In this document: positions 12,641 through 26,164 of the stretch, piece by piece
How positions within the stretch are numbered: the first letter of the stretch is position 1
How the letters are laid out: every line of letters starts with the position of its first letter
From: Octopus bimaculoides
Taxonomy: Eukaryota
Assembly (NCBI RefSeq): GCF_001194135.2
Contig: NC_068982.1
Location: 161,756,109 to 161,820,108 of the forward strand
DNA: 64,000 bases
Direction of reading: 5' to 3'
Notes under the pieces: model-generated
Told to the model about the DNA's origin: nothing
Database searches by the model: none
Seen by the model: only the letters and a program-made list of their open reading frames with translations
Program-made: the position numbers and the translations under genes

Positions 12641-15600
12641 GTGAGTATTTTTAATATAGTGAGATATACACCCAGTCTGTTATATTAATAACATACCTTT
12701 CAAATGCATTTATAATATTCTGCACCAATAATGATGAAATTTCTATGTGGTTGCTTGACATGGTTATCTTTGATCATAAATCTGATCAATGTGATCTGAC
12801 CGCAGGCTAAATAACAATAAGACATAACATTAAGAATTGTTGACAACTTACTAAATTGTTAAAATACGTAGCATTGAATTATGTAGAAAGTTTAGACTCC
12901 TCAGATATTGGTATTTAATGGAATAAAATAATGACGCATCGGTCTTTGAGGAGTGAAGGCAAATCTAATTAGACAAAATGACAAGATCTATGATGTAGAG
13001 GTAGACTGTTAAACCAACTTCATATATATATATGATAAACCAACTTCAAAATATAGTTCCATTACTTAGTTTGCTCACTTGATTGCATATCATTATTACC
13101 TTTGAGAAAGTCATGAATATCACACAGTCTTGCTTCTCTTTCCCTTAAAACAATAAAATTCTTTGTCTTTAAGAAGCTAATATTTTGTGACTCTGTTTTT
13201 AGTAAGATTAGGTGGCCAATAATTTTCACTAAATTTTAAAATAATGAACATTATGTGTGTATGAAACAGAGGAATAGTTATGAAAAATTTAATTTTTTTT
13301 TGTTATTGGAATTCAACTTAAACAGGTTTTACATAACTGTTTCCAGTTTTGTCAAATAGAAAAATTCCTTCTATCTTGATGAATGGTTTTTTTCTTTCTT
13401 TCTTTTGTCTTCAAATATAATCCACAAATATTTTGAAGAATTGTAGTAGGTGCTAAGCTCAGTGCTAAGTAAAATTCCATTGATTTTGTTTCCTGAATTC
13501 AGTTTTCAATAGAATAGTTTTACTTACCAGTTAAATTTCATGTAAATATTGGGACTTTGTTTCCTTGTCTTTGTAACTCTTGTTTCATCTGGAATCATTT
13601 AAAAGTATACTTCAACTCATTTCACTTTTGAAGAGAAATTGTTTAAAATTAAAAAAATTTAAAAATATTATCTCTTCTGATTCTGATATACTTTGTAAAT
13701 CTGCTTCAATATATTTATGAAATCACATAAAACTTAATGAAAGTTAAATATTAACTTTCTGTGTCCTGTATTATTCTCAGCTAGTTAATAAAATATAAAA
13801 AAATTTGCAAGAAAATAGAAATTACTTTTTTTTTAAAACTATACTCTAGACTGCATATATTGTGCAAATATTAAAAAATTGATGCCTGTAAGACATTCAG
13901 TACAAGTAACCTTATTACAAAATCAGTTGGAGATCTTGTAAATATATCTGTAGTGAACATAGCTTTAGTTAAAAGTGAAAGTCATTGTTAACTTGTAATA
14001 AAGAAATAGCTTTGTTCTATATACAGAGTGTAGGAATTTACTTTATATTGTGTTCATTGCAACAATAGCTGCATAAGAGGTGTATGATTTAAATATTTGT
14101 AACATTTTACATATGGAATTACATGGATATTTTACACACACACACACATTCACACACTATACTGATTTTACATTGAATTTTTCCTTAAAAATTTCCCTAT
14201 CTAGATGTAGTGGTATTTATTTATTTATTTTGCTGGATGCTCGAGTTACTATAAAATTCAGACAGACTTGGTTGCCAGTCAGCCTAGAGCAATGAACTAT
14301 GTGCCTTACTCAGATACACAACACAATGGCTGTAGCAAGATTTAAAATTGTATATCAAAAACAAGAAATTAAAAGAAACAAAGATTGGTGATTTTCTTTG
14401 TTGTGTATGTATCAGATGAAGAAGGACCAATAAATCAAATGGCTTGGCATTATGCTGGAACAAATTCATCCAACCTATGTTACCATGAAAAAGCAGTTGT
14501 AAAATGATATAGATTATTTGAAAGATCTTGAGTTCAGATCTGTCAAGGGTATTTTCTTGAGTTTCTGGGCAGGTCATTTTATTTTACATTGGTACAATTA
14601 GCCCTAGCTGTTGCTATCTGTGAAAGATAACATCCTACTCATGAAAATATTTATCTTACATCACTTTAATATAATGAAACCAGGCATTATCTGCACCCTT
14701 GGGGGCATTTACATTTTTATGACAGCATCTCATGATTTCTCTTATACCCAGTTTTTCTCACAGTTCATTTGTGCCCTGTGGGTTGTACATACACATTAAC
14801 ATTACATATTTAGTGGAGCATGTTTGCCTCATTTTTTCTAGTCTTCACACATCCTCTACATTTACTGTCTGTGTTTTGTTACCATGCAACATCACAGAAG
14901 CATCATGATATTTGCTCTTCTCTTGGAGAAAGAATCCCATTGTAATGATGTAGAAGCAATAGTTCCCTGAACTTTTGCTACCATTTTCTTATTCTGGTAA
15001 CTATACTTTTAGAACACCTACTTTCACTGTTAATTATGTCTCCTATGTAATGAAAACTACCAACCATTTCTAGTTAGCTTTCTAAGCTTTTGAAATAATC
15101 TATTACATGTGTGTCTGTGAGAGAGAATGTGCAGATGATTGTGTTAATAGGCTAACCACCTAAATGATCAGTGTTTTGATGCTTGTCAGTGTAGACTTCA
15201 GTTTGATATTCTGTATGTACTGTCCAGTAAGTACTGCTGTAATCAATGGTTTAATTATAACATTTGCAAGTGCCAAATATTAGTGATGCTACAATGATCC
15301 ATTCATTTTTATAGTCTTCAGTGGTACTAATATGATGTATACATTATTAGACAGACACCAGTGGCATTATTATGACCTATACACTATATGATAGTCTCCT
15401 GTTGTATTACTATGATCCCATGCCCTAGAAGATAGTCTTCAATGGTTCTACTTAGAACTATATACTAAACCTATGCACTACACGGAGAGAGACAACAGTG
15501 ATACTGCAATGACCATCCATCCTAAAATCAAACTACTCTTTCTCTCTATTCCAAGTCTTTGGTTTACTCTTCTCCGCTGTCTTACAGCATGTAACATAGA

Positions 15601-15999
15601 TATATGGGTACAAACCTATATGGTAAACAACTTGTAACACACTGGCTGATAGTTATGGTACTTGGGCACTTTCCCAACTCAAACATCCTTAACCAATTCT
15701 CACTAGATATCTTAACTTACAGTTTTTGGTGATTTTCTGACTTCATTCTGATATCAAAAATTGTCTTTCAAAACTGATTTTCCTGAAGCAACATGACTTA
15801 TGTTAATCCTAATTTAACTTATTTACTGATTCCTGTAAAATATTCAAAAAGATGATTTGTTTCCTAGAAACTCTTTGTTTATCCATGACCATATTTCCTT
15901 GTATAAAGATAAGTCATTGATGCCTTCTTACCCCCTTTTTTTTTTATTAAAAAAAAAATCATTTAATTCGGTAAAGAGAGGCAGAACCCAAACCTTTTG

Positions 16000-16450
16000 C
16001 AGGTGTTTTCAGATTGAGAGAGTTAGGACAGTTAATGTTTGACTTAAAGCTTATTAGGGAAGACATGAAGCTATAAGGCAATTCTGAGTATATGAGATGA
16101 AGAAAATTGTTTAGTAGAGAGTTTTAGTGTTGAGACAGTTGGAGTGAAAAAATGAGGAAAGATAGGTGTGCTAGTGGAGGTGATACATAGCTAACTAGTT
16201 CAGAAGAGCAGAAACTGTTTAGTCATAGCAGAAATGACAGGGAGAAGATGCGTCAAGTTGGTTGACTAGGTGTTTTGCGTGTTTACAAGTGAAGATTTGT
16301 CATTCAGCTGGATGGCCTTATTTTGGATGCAGTCCAAAATGTTTGTATGTAGCAGCTACTTCATTCCAATTATATGAACAGTAAGGTGGTTTGTAGTGGT
16401 GCTTTGTCACTTACTGTTCAAAGACAAAGTATTTTCTATCTCTGAAGAGG
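16000..16450 (-). mobile_element. CR1/L2-like LINE 3' relic
   Basis: ILDCIQNKAIQL...NSFCSSELVSYV resembles LDRVQxKAIRL...GxCSSEL. Confidence 0.55.
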
Positions 16451-16660
16451 AAGCCTAGATTTTGAGATTCAGTTATTGCTATGTTATTGATATGTGGTTA
16501 CAATGAAAGGTCACCAGAGATTATGAAAAACCTAGCTAGTGAAGTTTTAAAGATGTGAGATCTTCATAAATAAGACTTGACTATTTCCTGCAATAAATAT
16601 CAAGTAAATTGCTTCTAGAACACTGTGGTACGAACTTATTATCTTCAATCACTTTTATAG

Positions 16661-16787
16661 TTAGAATATGTCATCATCTCATTAAATATGACCCTGTCTT
16701 TCGTGCAAGATCTGAACAGCTCTTATTTAGCCACTTTCGCACACTACAAGCTACCATTGATGTGAACTCACACGTAATACAAAGCTG
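16661..16787 (+). CDS. Candidate coding exon (xRICHHLIKYDPVFRARSEQLLFSHFRTLQATIDVNSHVIQSx)
   Basis: atcacttttatAG acceptor, CTG|GTATGA donor, open phase-1 frame, local CpG retention and balanced composition. Confidence 0.45.
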
Positions 16788-16964
16788 GTATGAAGCTGTC
16801 TCATTAAGAAATATGCCATCATTGCACTTATGTTCTACTACTGTTTATCATTTTGATGGTATTTGAATTAAACCATTGCCTTGAATAAACTAAATTATCA
16901 TATATTTTGTAAAATATAGTTACATGTTTACCTGTATTTCTATATTTTGCAACCTCTGTATTAA

Positions 16965-17197
16965 CCCTTTAGCATTTAGCATTTGGGTCAAACTAGGCCC
17001 AACTAGTTTATCTGTTTTATGTTCAAACCTGCCAGATCTGGTCTCTCACACTTATCCTACAATATCATTCTAAAAATAAACAATAATCATCATTGAAATC
17101 TCAAAACTGTGAGATAATGCATGATTTATTCAAAACGATGTGAGTAAATAAAAATTACTTTTGACAAATTACTAACCCTAATCTGAATGCTAAAGGG
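16965..17197. mobile_element. piggyBac-type MITE
   Basis: TTAA|CCCTTTAGCATTTAG...CTGAATGCTAAAGGG|TTAA: matching TIRs and a TTAA target duplication. A partial second copy lies at ~35150-35222. Confidence 0.85.
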
Positions 17198-17724
17198 TTA
17201 AAAGAAAAATACTTTAGTTATTGAATATTGAAAATGTTAAAGAAATAGAATGTGAAGGAGTTTTTATTATTGATAGCATTTTGAATAATGTATTTATTGC
17301 ATCTTTCCTTGCATAGTAGTTTTTATGATATCATTGTAGTTTTTTATGATGTATATTTTGCTAGCAGTTATTAAAAGAAAAAAAAAAATTCCTTGTTTTG
17401 TAAACTCAATCTGTAGAAAAGTATGTATGCAAAGATATAGTCTTACTGTGAGATGATACTTGAAGATATACTCCTCAAATGTGAAAGAGGTGTTGAACTG
17501 TTATATATATTCATATTAGTTCACAATTTTTTTAAACCAAGAAATTAATGGTGTCCATTTTGCATGAAAACTAAATGCTATTTACTTTTTTTTTAATGAT
17601 CTAAAATTACACAATTTATCTATAAAGTCACATATGAAACCAGTTGGAGAGTTTAAAATGTTTTTGTAGTTGTTTGCAACATGACTATCTACTACACCCA
17701 TGTCTTGCCCATTAACATATAAAT

Positions 17725-17768
<44 letters not shown>

Positions 17769-17920
17769 CAATAGAATGTTTAAGGGAAATTTGGGTGGCC
17801 CTAAGTAAGTTCACTACAATCAACCCATAGTTAAATTGCTAAAAGGGACTTCTGTTAACAGACGTCATTTTTAATGCCTTCAGGACATAAATATAAGTAT
17901 TATTCTTACTTTTTATATAG

Positions 17921-17980
17921 TTTCATATTGAAGAGGATTGCTGTTTAGAAACAGGCTTTCCATTCAAGTTCTTTAATTTT
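17921..17980 (+). CDS. Candidate exon (FHIEEDCCLETGFPFKFFNF)
   Basis: cttactttttatatAG acceptor, TTT|GTATGT donor, 60 nt, only phase 0 open. Confidence 0.35.
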
Positions 17981-18575
17981 GTATGTAGATTCTTTTATNN
18001 NNNNNNNNNNNNNNNNNNNNNNNNNNNNNNNNNNNNNNNNNNNNNNNNNNNNNNNNNNNNNNNNNNNNNNNNNNNNNNNNNNNNNNNNNNNNNNNNNNNN
18101 NNNNNNNNNNNNNNNNNNNNNNNNNNNNNNNNNNNNNNNNNNNNNNNNNNNNNNNNNNNNNNNNNNNNNNNNNNNNNNNNNNNNNNNNNNNNNNNNNNNN
18201 NNNNNNNNNNNNNNNNNNNNNNNNNNNNNNNNNNNNNNNNNNNNNNNNNNNNNNNNNNNNNNNNNNNNNNNNNNNNNNNNNNNNNNNNNNNNNNNNNNNN
18301 NNNNNNNNNNNNNNNNNNNNNNNNNNNNNNNNNNNNNNNNNNNNNNNNNNNNNNNNNNNNNNNNNNNNNNNNNNNNNNNNNNNNNNNNNNNNNNNNNNNN
18401 NNNNNNNNNNNNNNNNNNNNNNNNNNNNNNNNNNNNNNNNNNNNNNNNNNNNNNNNNNNNNNNNNNNNNNNNNNNNNNNNNNNNNNNNNNNNNNNNNNNN
18501 NNNNNNNNNNNNNNNNNNNNNNNNNNNNNNNNNNNNNNNNNNNNNNNNNNNNNNNNNNNNNNNNNNNNNNNNNNN

Positions 18576-18896
18576 GAGCCAGTCCAGGGGCACTGGCAAC
18601 GGTCTCGCTTGAAAACCCTACAAAGTCCAGTCAGGCGGTACTGGCAACGGTCACGCTCAAGATGGTACATCTTATGTGCCACCCGCACAAGAGCCAGTCC
18701 AGGGGCACTGGCAACGATCTCACTTGGCTTGCCGGGTCTTCTCACGCACAGCACATTTCCAAAGGTCTCGGTCAGTAGTCATCGCCTCGGTGAGGCCCAA
18801 TGTTCGAAGGTCTTGCCTCACCACCTCAGCCCAGGTCTTCCTGGGCCTACCTCTTCCATGGGTTCCCTCAACTGTTAGGGTGTGGCACTTTTTCAT
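18576..18896 (-). mobile_element. Young 5'-truncated RTE LINE: ORF C-terminus plus repetitive 3' UTR running into a gap
   Basis: 18896-18720 translates without stops as KKCHTLTVEGTHGRGRPRKTWAEVVRQDLRTLGLTEAMTTDRDLWKCAVREKTRQAK*, with the RTE RGRPRKTW motif. The UTR has a 115-bp period (18576/18691) and is CpG-rich. Confidence 0.85.
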
Positions 18897-19579
18897 GTAA
18901 TAAAATACACATTGAGTTTATTTAACAGTATTTCAACAGTACATCAGTCTGCCATAGGTTCAAAATATGACAAGAACACTGGAAAATATGTAGAAATTCA
19001 AAAATTCCTTCCTTCCAAGGTAAAAAGAAGAAAAAAATCAAGTTATGCTTGTTTGTAAGTGGTTAAAACAAGAAGAAAAAAGAAGAGAATTCTTAGAGTC
19101 AAAAAGTTTTATATAAATCTTATGGAACTCTCCTGTCACTTTGTTCATCCCTCTCCCCAAGGGTGTGATGCTATTCCTTGACACATTCTCAGAAAATATT
19201 CTGACTACACTGAACTTTCAATCCTCAAAACACATGAAGACAATTATATTTGTAAATTTCTAATGTATTTCCTGGGGATGATAAGCAAAAAAAAAAAGCT
19301 CCATCAGATTTATGCAACAAGTTTTGATTTGAGATTTCTTTCCTTCTTTATTTTCTATTTTTTCTTCTTTGTCCTTGTTTTAACCAGTTACAAACAATAT
19401 AGTCCAGTTGAAGTTTTGAATCTCCACATTTCTGTGTATTTTCCATTTTTTCATTACTCTTGTTTTATTTTAACCTGAGGAAGACAGAGATACTATTGAA
19501 ATATTGTTCAATAAACAAAGTCACTCTGTATTTTATTATATATTGCACTCATTTTATTGTGTAACAATAATAATGATGG

Positions 19580-20229
19580 TTTCAGCTATTTTAGGCCAGT
19601 TATTTTAGAGGGAGAGTGTTAGTCAGTTACATTGACCCTAGTACTTGGTACTTTATTTTATCAACCCCAAAAGAATGAAAGGCTAAGTTGACCTCTGTGG
19701 AATTTGAACTCACAATGTAAAGAGCTGAAACATGCTGCTGAAAGTTTTGTCCAGTGTGGTAATGATTCTATCACCTCACTGCCTTCAAATTTTGGCACAA
19801 GGGCAACAGTTTTAGTGGGAGGAATTTAGTTGATTACGTCAACTCTAGTGTTCAACTTGTACTTATTTTTCAATTCCCAGAAAGAAGAAAGACAAAGCTA
19901 ACCTCATTGGAATTTGAACTCAGAACATAATAGGTTGGAAGAAATGCCATTAAGCATTTTATCGAACATGCCATTCTTCCAGCTCATGGCCTTGTAGTAG
20001 TAGTAATGGTAATCCTTTCTACTAAAGGCATAAGGCCTGAAACTTTGGGGGCGGGGTCTCATTGATTGCATTAACTCCAGTACACAACTGGTGCTTATTT
20101 TATTAACCTCAAAAGGATGAAAGGCAAGTTGATCTCGGTGGAATTTGAACTCAGAACTTAAAGACAAACAAAATGCTGTGAAGCATTTTGCCCAGCATGC
20201 TAATGATTCTGCTAGCTCACCACCTTAAT

Positions 20230-20260
<31 letters not shown>

Positions 20261-20275
20261 GATAATAATAATAAT
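19580..20275 (+). mobile_element. Three head-to-tail copies of SINE family C with an (AAT)n tail
   Basis: Each ~205-220 bp unit carries ...tgaaaggc(a/t)aagttgacctc..ggaatttgaactca.... Single copies occur at ~22740-22955, ~38270-38420 and ~45340-45620. Confidence 0.8.
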
Positions 20276-21573
20276 GTATATTCGTTGTCATTAACATCAG
20301 TCTTCCATGCAGACATGGATTGCATGGTTTGACTGGAACTGGCAAGCTAGAGAGCTGCATCAGATTCCTTTTCTGTTTTGGCATGGTATCTACAGCTGTA
20401 TGCCCTTCTTAATACCAACCACTTTACAGTATGTGCTGGGTGCTTTTTATGTGGCACCAACATTGGTGCTTTTTACATGCCACTAACACCAGTTGGGTCA
20501 CCAAGCAACTTGTGAGGTAGTCTCTCACCTTTTCTACTTCCTCTCTCATTAGTAAGTTGTCTGCTCTCCTACTTACTATGACTTTGGTCTTCACTAAATG
20601 AACTCTAAGGCTCTTTTATTCCAGACCTTGCTTCCACATCTGAAATTTCTTCTCTAATTCTTGTAGAGATTCATATTATTCATGAAATATACTTTTCCTG
20701 AAATTTCACTGCCCACAAATTTGTGTGTTATACACAAGTTATTATGGTAACTGCAGTTGCTATGGTTTTGAAAGGCAAGTGGTTTGCAACAAATGCTTCT
20801 TAGTTTACATGTGAATAAGTTGATTTGCATACCAGTACAGATTTGAAATTAAGAAATGTTTTTTATTATGAAGTATATATGTTTGAAAACGTGTATAGTC
20901 ATTGTATTGCACTCTGAGTGAACATATTTTATTCAAGTTAACTGTCATGATTGAGTTGCTAGCTTAGGAATGCTGTTCTAAAATATAAAAGTTTGATGCT
21001 CTTTAAAAAAAAAACATCTACATTGTCACTTGTCCACTTCTGAAGGGATCTCTATATTGGCTGTTTTTTTATGGTAATAACTTGGAAATGGAAAGGACAT
21101 ATGGGATAATGTAGTCCTAAACATGACATAATGGTCACAGATGAAATGCCTTTGCTTATGGGTTGCTTGTGTAAGTTTGATCTGCAGCTAAACAACAATG
21201 ACTAAAAAAGAAGAAAACTTTCATGAGTAGTCTTTATGATTTCGATCTAAATATCTATGATTTGTTTCTTGTTATTTTCCACTGTCAGTCTGTCGTAATA
21301 TTTCAACTTCACTCCCAACTGAGTTGTTTAGTTGATCAAAATGTATAGATTTGAGGAACTAGTTATTTACACCTAAATATTCTTTTCACACTAATTACTC
21401 AACCATGAAGTCAGCATGTTATAGGAGGAACTGAACCTATAGCATAAAGGCCTGTAGCATGGTACACTAATATCTAATTGCACTTTGCTTCATTTTCAAC
21501 TGTTCCATTACTGGGTACATATGTAATTTCCTACTTGAGACTGCTAACTCTTTGTATTTGTTGTACTTATATA

Positions 21574-22634
21574 TCAGGTCATCCCATAAGTTCTGTCTGA
21601 ATTTTGAATAAAGAAAATAAGTGATCAAATGTTATATAAATTTCAAATGTTATATTTAATCATCAATGTACTTTCCCTGATTATCTACGATTCCCTTCCA
21701 TTTATTTACAAGCTTTTTAATCCCATCAATGTAAAAGTCTTTTGGTTTCAAAGCGAAGAACTCTGAAATTTCAGTTTCGACCTCCTCTTGGCTTGCGAAA
21801 GTTATGTCCCCCAAATGATTCTGTAAACTATGAAACAAATGGTAATCTGAAGGAGCAAGGTCGGGAGAATAAGGTAGATGAGGAATTTTTTCCCAACCAA
21901 GCTCTTTGATCTTCTGTGATGTGATCTTTGCAGTGTGGAGTCGCGCATTGTCCTGTTGAAACATCACTCCTTTTCGATTCACTAAAGCAGGTCTTTTTTT
22001 CTTTAAAGCTTGGTTCAAACACTCTAATTGCTGACAGTAGACTTGAGCATTGATTNNNNNNNNNNNNNNNNNNNNNNNNNNNNNNNNNNNNNNNNNNNNN
22101 NNNNNNNNNNNNNNNNNNNNNNNNNNNNNNNNNNNNNNNNNNNNNNNNNNNNNNNNNNNNNNNNNNNNNNNNNNNNNNNNNNNNNNNNNNNNNNNNNNNN
22201 NNNNNNNNNNNNNNNNNNNNNNNNNNNNNNNNNNNNNNNNNNNNNNNNNNNNNNNNNNNNNNNNNNNNNNNNNNNNNNNNNNNNNNNNATCTTCACTTCT
22301 GAATTTTGCAAACCATCTTCTGCAAGTTCTTTCATTCAAGCATTCTTTCCCATAAACTGAGTGTATGTTTCGAGTCACTTCGGCTGTAGAGTTTCCTTTT
22401 TTGTACTCATAAAGCATTATGTGCCTGAAATGGTTTTTGTATACCTCCATGTTAGAAAGTGTTTTAATCAAAGAAATTTTAATTCTATTAGTCTGTAAAA
22501 TAATATTTAATTAGTTTAAATGTACACAAATGCATAAAAATAATTTTTAATTCCATTAGACATTCTAAAATACTATTAAATTTCATTCAATTTTAAAAGA
22601 AGTAAAATCGGACAGAACTTATGGGATGACCTGA
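21574..22634 (-). mobile_element. mariner (D,D34D) DNA transposon, young copy
   Basis: TA|TCAGGTCATCCCATAAGTTCTGTC TIR at both ends (24/24 identical), flanked by TA on both sides; internal gap at 22056-22288. Confidence 0.95.
21656..22471 (-). CDS. mariner transposase (middle hidden by N gap)
   Basis: N-terminal HTH region (RHIMLYEYKKG...TCRRWFAKFRSED) and catalytic QDNARLH...YSPDLAPSDYHLF with exactly 34 residues between the 2nd and 3rd Asp; no stops in the sequenced parts. Confidence 0.9.
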   Translation of the reverse strand: MIKTLSNMEVYKNHFRHIMLYEYKKGNSTAEVTRNIHSVYGKECLNERTCRRWFAKFRSEDXXXXXXXXXXXXXXXXXXXXXXXXXXXXXXXXXXXXXXXXXXXXXXXXXXXXXXXXXXXXXXXXXXXXXXXXXXXXXXINAQVYCQQLECLNQALKKKRPALVNRKGVMFQQDNARLHTAKITSQKIKELGWEKIPHLPYSPDLAPSDYHLFHSLQNHLGDITFASQEEVETEISEFFALKPKDFYIDGIKKLVNKWKGIVDNQGKYIDD

Positions 22635-25600
22635 TAGTTTCTTCTTTTTGTTTTTTCTTGAATCCTTGTCCGGTCACTTGGTTTCTATGGCTTATAAGTG
22701 ACTGAGATCACAACATTACCCCTGAATGGGACACTGATCCATGGCAGAGTCCAAGGCCAGCAACTTTTGAGAGGAGGGGGCAAGTTGATTACATTCACCC
22801 CAGTACTTGATTGGTACTTCGTTTTATTGACCCCTTAATGGGTGAAAGGCAAAGTTGACCTCAGTGTGATTTGAAGTCAGAACATAAAGAGCTGGAAGAA
22901 ATGCCGCTAAATATTTTGTTCAACATGCTAAAGATTCTGTCAGCTTGTTGCCTTATAAGGCTTTTATTAGGACTTCATTTTCTGTACTGTGGCATGTATA
23001 GAAAATAGTAAAAACTTCATTGATTGGAAGGTTGCCAAAAAGAGTAGTTTTGAGATAACAAGTTTAAAGAAAATAATAGCTAAAACTAGGATACTAGTTA
23101 AAAGTTGGGAGTCACCAAAACCTTGTAGCATCATGGAAATAACTCAGATGTAAATGCAATAGATTGTTGTCAACCTTGATCTAATAGTTCTGTGGTCTAA
23201 GTCATTCAGCTGTAACTTCTTTTATTTACACTTAGTGTATTGAAGACTATATTATCTAATGAGGCTTTTGATGGATTTGATGGAGATTTGGTTTTTATTT
23301 CTTGTAGATTAAGTGACCATGTGGAGGCTCTCTCTTTAGCTTCATCATCATCATCATTGTTTAACATCTACTTTCCATGGTGACATGAGTTGGACAGTTT
23401 GAAAACTGGTAAGCTGGGAGCTGGACCAGATTCCAATCTGGTTTGGCAAGGTTTTTACAGTTAGATGCCCTTCCTAATGCCAAGCACTCTGAGAGCTTCT
23501 GGTAATGAATATATATCTTCCTTTCTTGATCATTAATAGTGCTATTTTTATTGTAGATGCAAGCATAGCTGTGTGGTTAAGAAATTCACCTCACTACCAC
23601 ATGATTCAATGATCAAATGTCTACTACTGTAGTCTTGAGTTGACTGGTACCTAGTGAAAGGTATTTAGTAGACAGAGACTGTATAGAAGCTTGCACTGTG
23701 TGCGTGGGTGTGTGAAGGTTGTAAATATAGGTGAAAAAGCTGAAAAATTGGTGCTTTTTGAAAGCTTTATTTGTCTACTCTAACTTACTTGCACTTTGTT
23801 CTTGCCATCAAAAATGCAGTGACCCAGTCACTGGCCTATTAGAAACCTATAACCAATGACGATTTATTGTTCACTAGATAAGAAGTTAGGATTCCAACAT
23901 TTTTATGATTTCTTAGTTCACTAGAGTCAGTTCTTCTAGTTTTCATAATTTTCTTACAATACTGATTATGATAAGAACCAGGTCATTTTTATGAAATTAA
24001 CAAACTGAGCAGAGCAAATTTGTAATTATTTAGTGCAATTGAGGTTGAAGAGAGAGAGAGAGAAAGACAGAATAAGTATCTACTTAAACTTCAATGCCTT
24101 TATGACAATGAGGAAATAAAGTTTAATAAGCCACTTGTAGACATTTAATATTTTCATTGCTCATCTGACAAAATTACACATGATGCTTAATAGGACAAGC
24201 TATTTAATCAAGTAGTTTATCATGTGTCTTCATCATGAACTGGAGTTTGAGCTTTCCAAAATTTGAAGCCTTGTGCCTGTTAGAATTCAAAATCTATAAG
24301 AAAAATAGAGATCAGCATCTGTAAACAAAATATATAAACTGCATGAATAAGATTTAATAGTTTGTAGAATGTGATTGACAAATTATTTATACTGAAACTA
24401 TAAATTAACTGTAAATCTAGTACACTGCAGGCATTATATTAAGAAATTTTTTTCTTTTTTTCTTTTTCATGTTTGTTTGTTGATGTCTTTGTTGTTTTGG
24501 CTAAATCTTATGTCCTAGATGTTCACCTTGTCAGTCTGCCATGACATTTAATGCACTTAAAGTGCTCAGCCTTACTGCTTATCTAGCATGACTATGTTGT
24601 TTAGAGTCTGCCTTGCAACCAAGTATTTGATCTCAATGCATAGTGCCATGGGCAAGAGTCTTTTGATATAGCTTTGGACCAACCAATGCTTTGCAAGGGA
24701 AAATTGGCAGAATGAAACTTTTCCCCAGCATACCTGAAAGCAGTATTTTTAAGTAGCTTTGTTTAAATTTTCCATGATGTGCTTACACTCTGTTTGGTTA
24801 AGTTTAACAGAGGTGACTTTTTCATTTATTATTACTTCTGCATTACATCATTGAGTAGGCATACATTGGTATTCTTGTATGTAGTGTATTTTTATGATAG
24901 GGGTACAGTTGTAATTAACTTTTATACAGCTCTACTTGAAGAGTATCTTATAGTGAGTTAGGAAGTGTTTATATATTAGGACTAAAAAATGTTTGGTGGT
25001 ATTTATCAAAACACTCTTGTTATATTTCTTTGTATGAAGTGATATCAGAAATTTTACTGGTATTACAAATTAGTTTATTAAAGATTATTGGAGAGTGACA
25101 GGAGCATTTGTAATATATGTATTTCTTGCTTGATTAAATGTACAGTTTGTAAGTTGAGAGTGATATCACGGTAGCATACAATAGCAAAGTTAGTGGTTAT
25201 GGTTATTTTAAGGTAAGATTCTTGAATGTGTCAACGAGGTCTTGCCTATTGACATAATGAGAGGTGGCTAGCCTATCATCTATATCGTATGTTTGATGTG
25301 GCAAATTTTGTGCTGGTTTCATACATCACAATATGTATACGCTCATGAGATCACATATATCTGACATTCAAACCTCAGACTGATGTTGAACAAACCTGTG
25401 GGATCTAATTTTTTTATTCAGAGAGTGAAGTCTTTCTTGTATGCATAATAATCTCTATGTCATATCTTCTGGTGAATTTTAAGGTGCTTATAAATATAAG
25501 AGATCAAATAGTTAAAAATCAACTCTCAAATTTGGTGAACATAGATGTTTATTAATATTTTAAAACCAATTTATGACTGTACTGCTGTTTTCCTATTATT

Positions 25601-26164
25601 GGAGTCTGGTTGCCTTTCTAATGCTATTAATCTTAAGATTTTCTTAATGATCAATTTTATATCTGCTTTAGCTGGATTAATTAACTTACACTTTGGATTA
25701 GAGATAAAACTGCTTTGTTGTCTGAAAGTGTCAGGTACACCTCGCATTTAGCATGACATTCTTGCTTATTTTATAATCTCAATTTCTGCATTGAATTTCC
25801 CCCTCAATATTAATATATACCAGTGTATTATTTCTATAGTTATTAGTGATGTTCTACTTAAGTAATAGTGTAGATGTGGTTTATTACTAATTTGTACAGG
25901 TTGTTGGTTTTATTTAGGAAATTTTAGACTTCTTGAAATTCTTAGTGTCAGAGTTAAGTTTATTGTGAAAAGAGTTAGCATAACTATGAAAATGTATATC
26001 AGCTATCATGTCTAAAAATGGTACTAGCCTTTAATCTTTGGTAGGTGTTTTTGTGTATTTATATTGTAATGTTTTGTGGCTGTTTTAGTGATCTAAAAAT
26101 AAATAAGGGCCTTGCATGGTCCTATATCTGTCACATGAAACTCTGACTTACAGTCTTTTAATCT

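Noticed and set aside
23236-23340. Open frame VLKTILSNEAFDGFDGDLVFISCRLSDHVEAL after an acceptor
   Set aside because: It runs into an antisense SINE family B end and has no donor.
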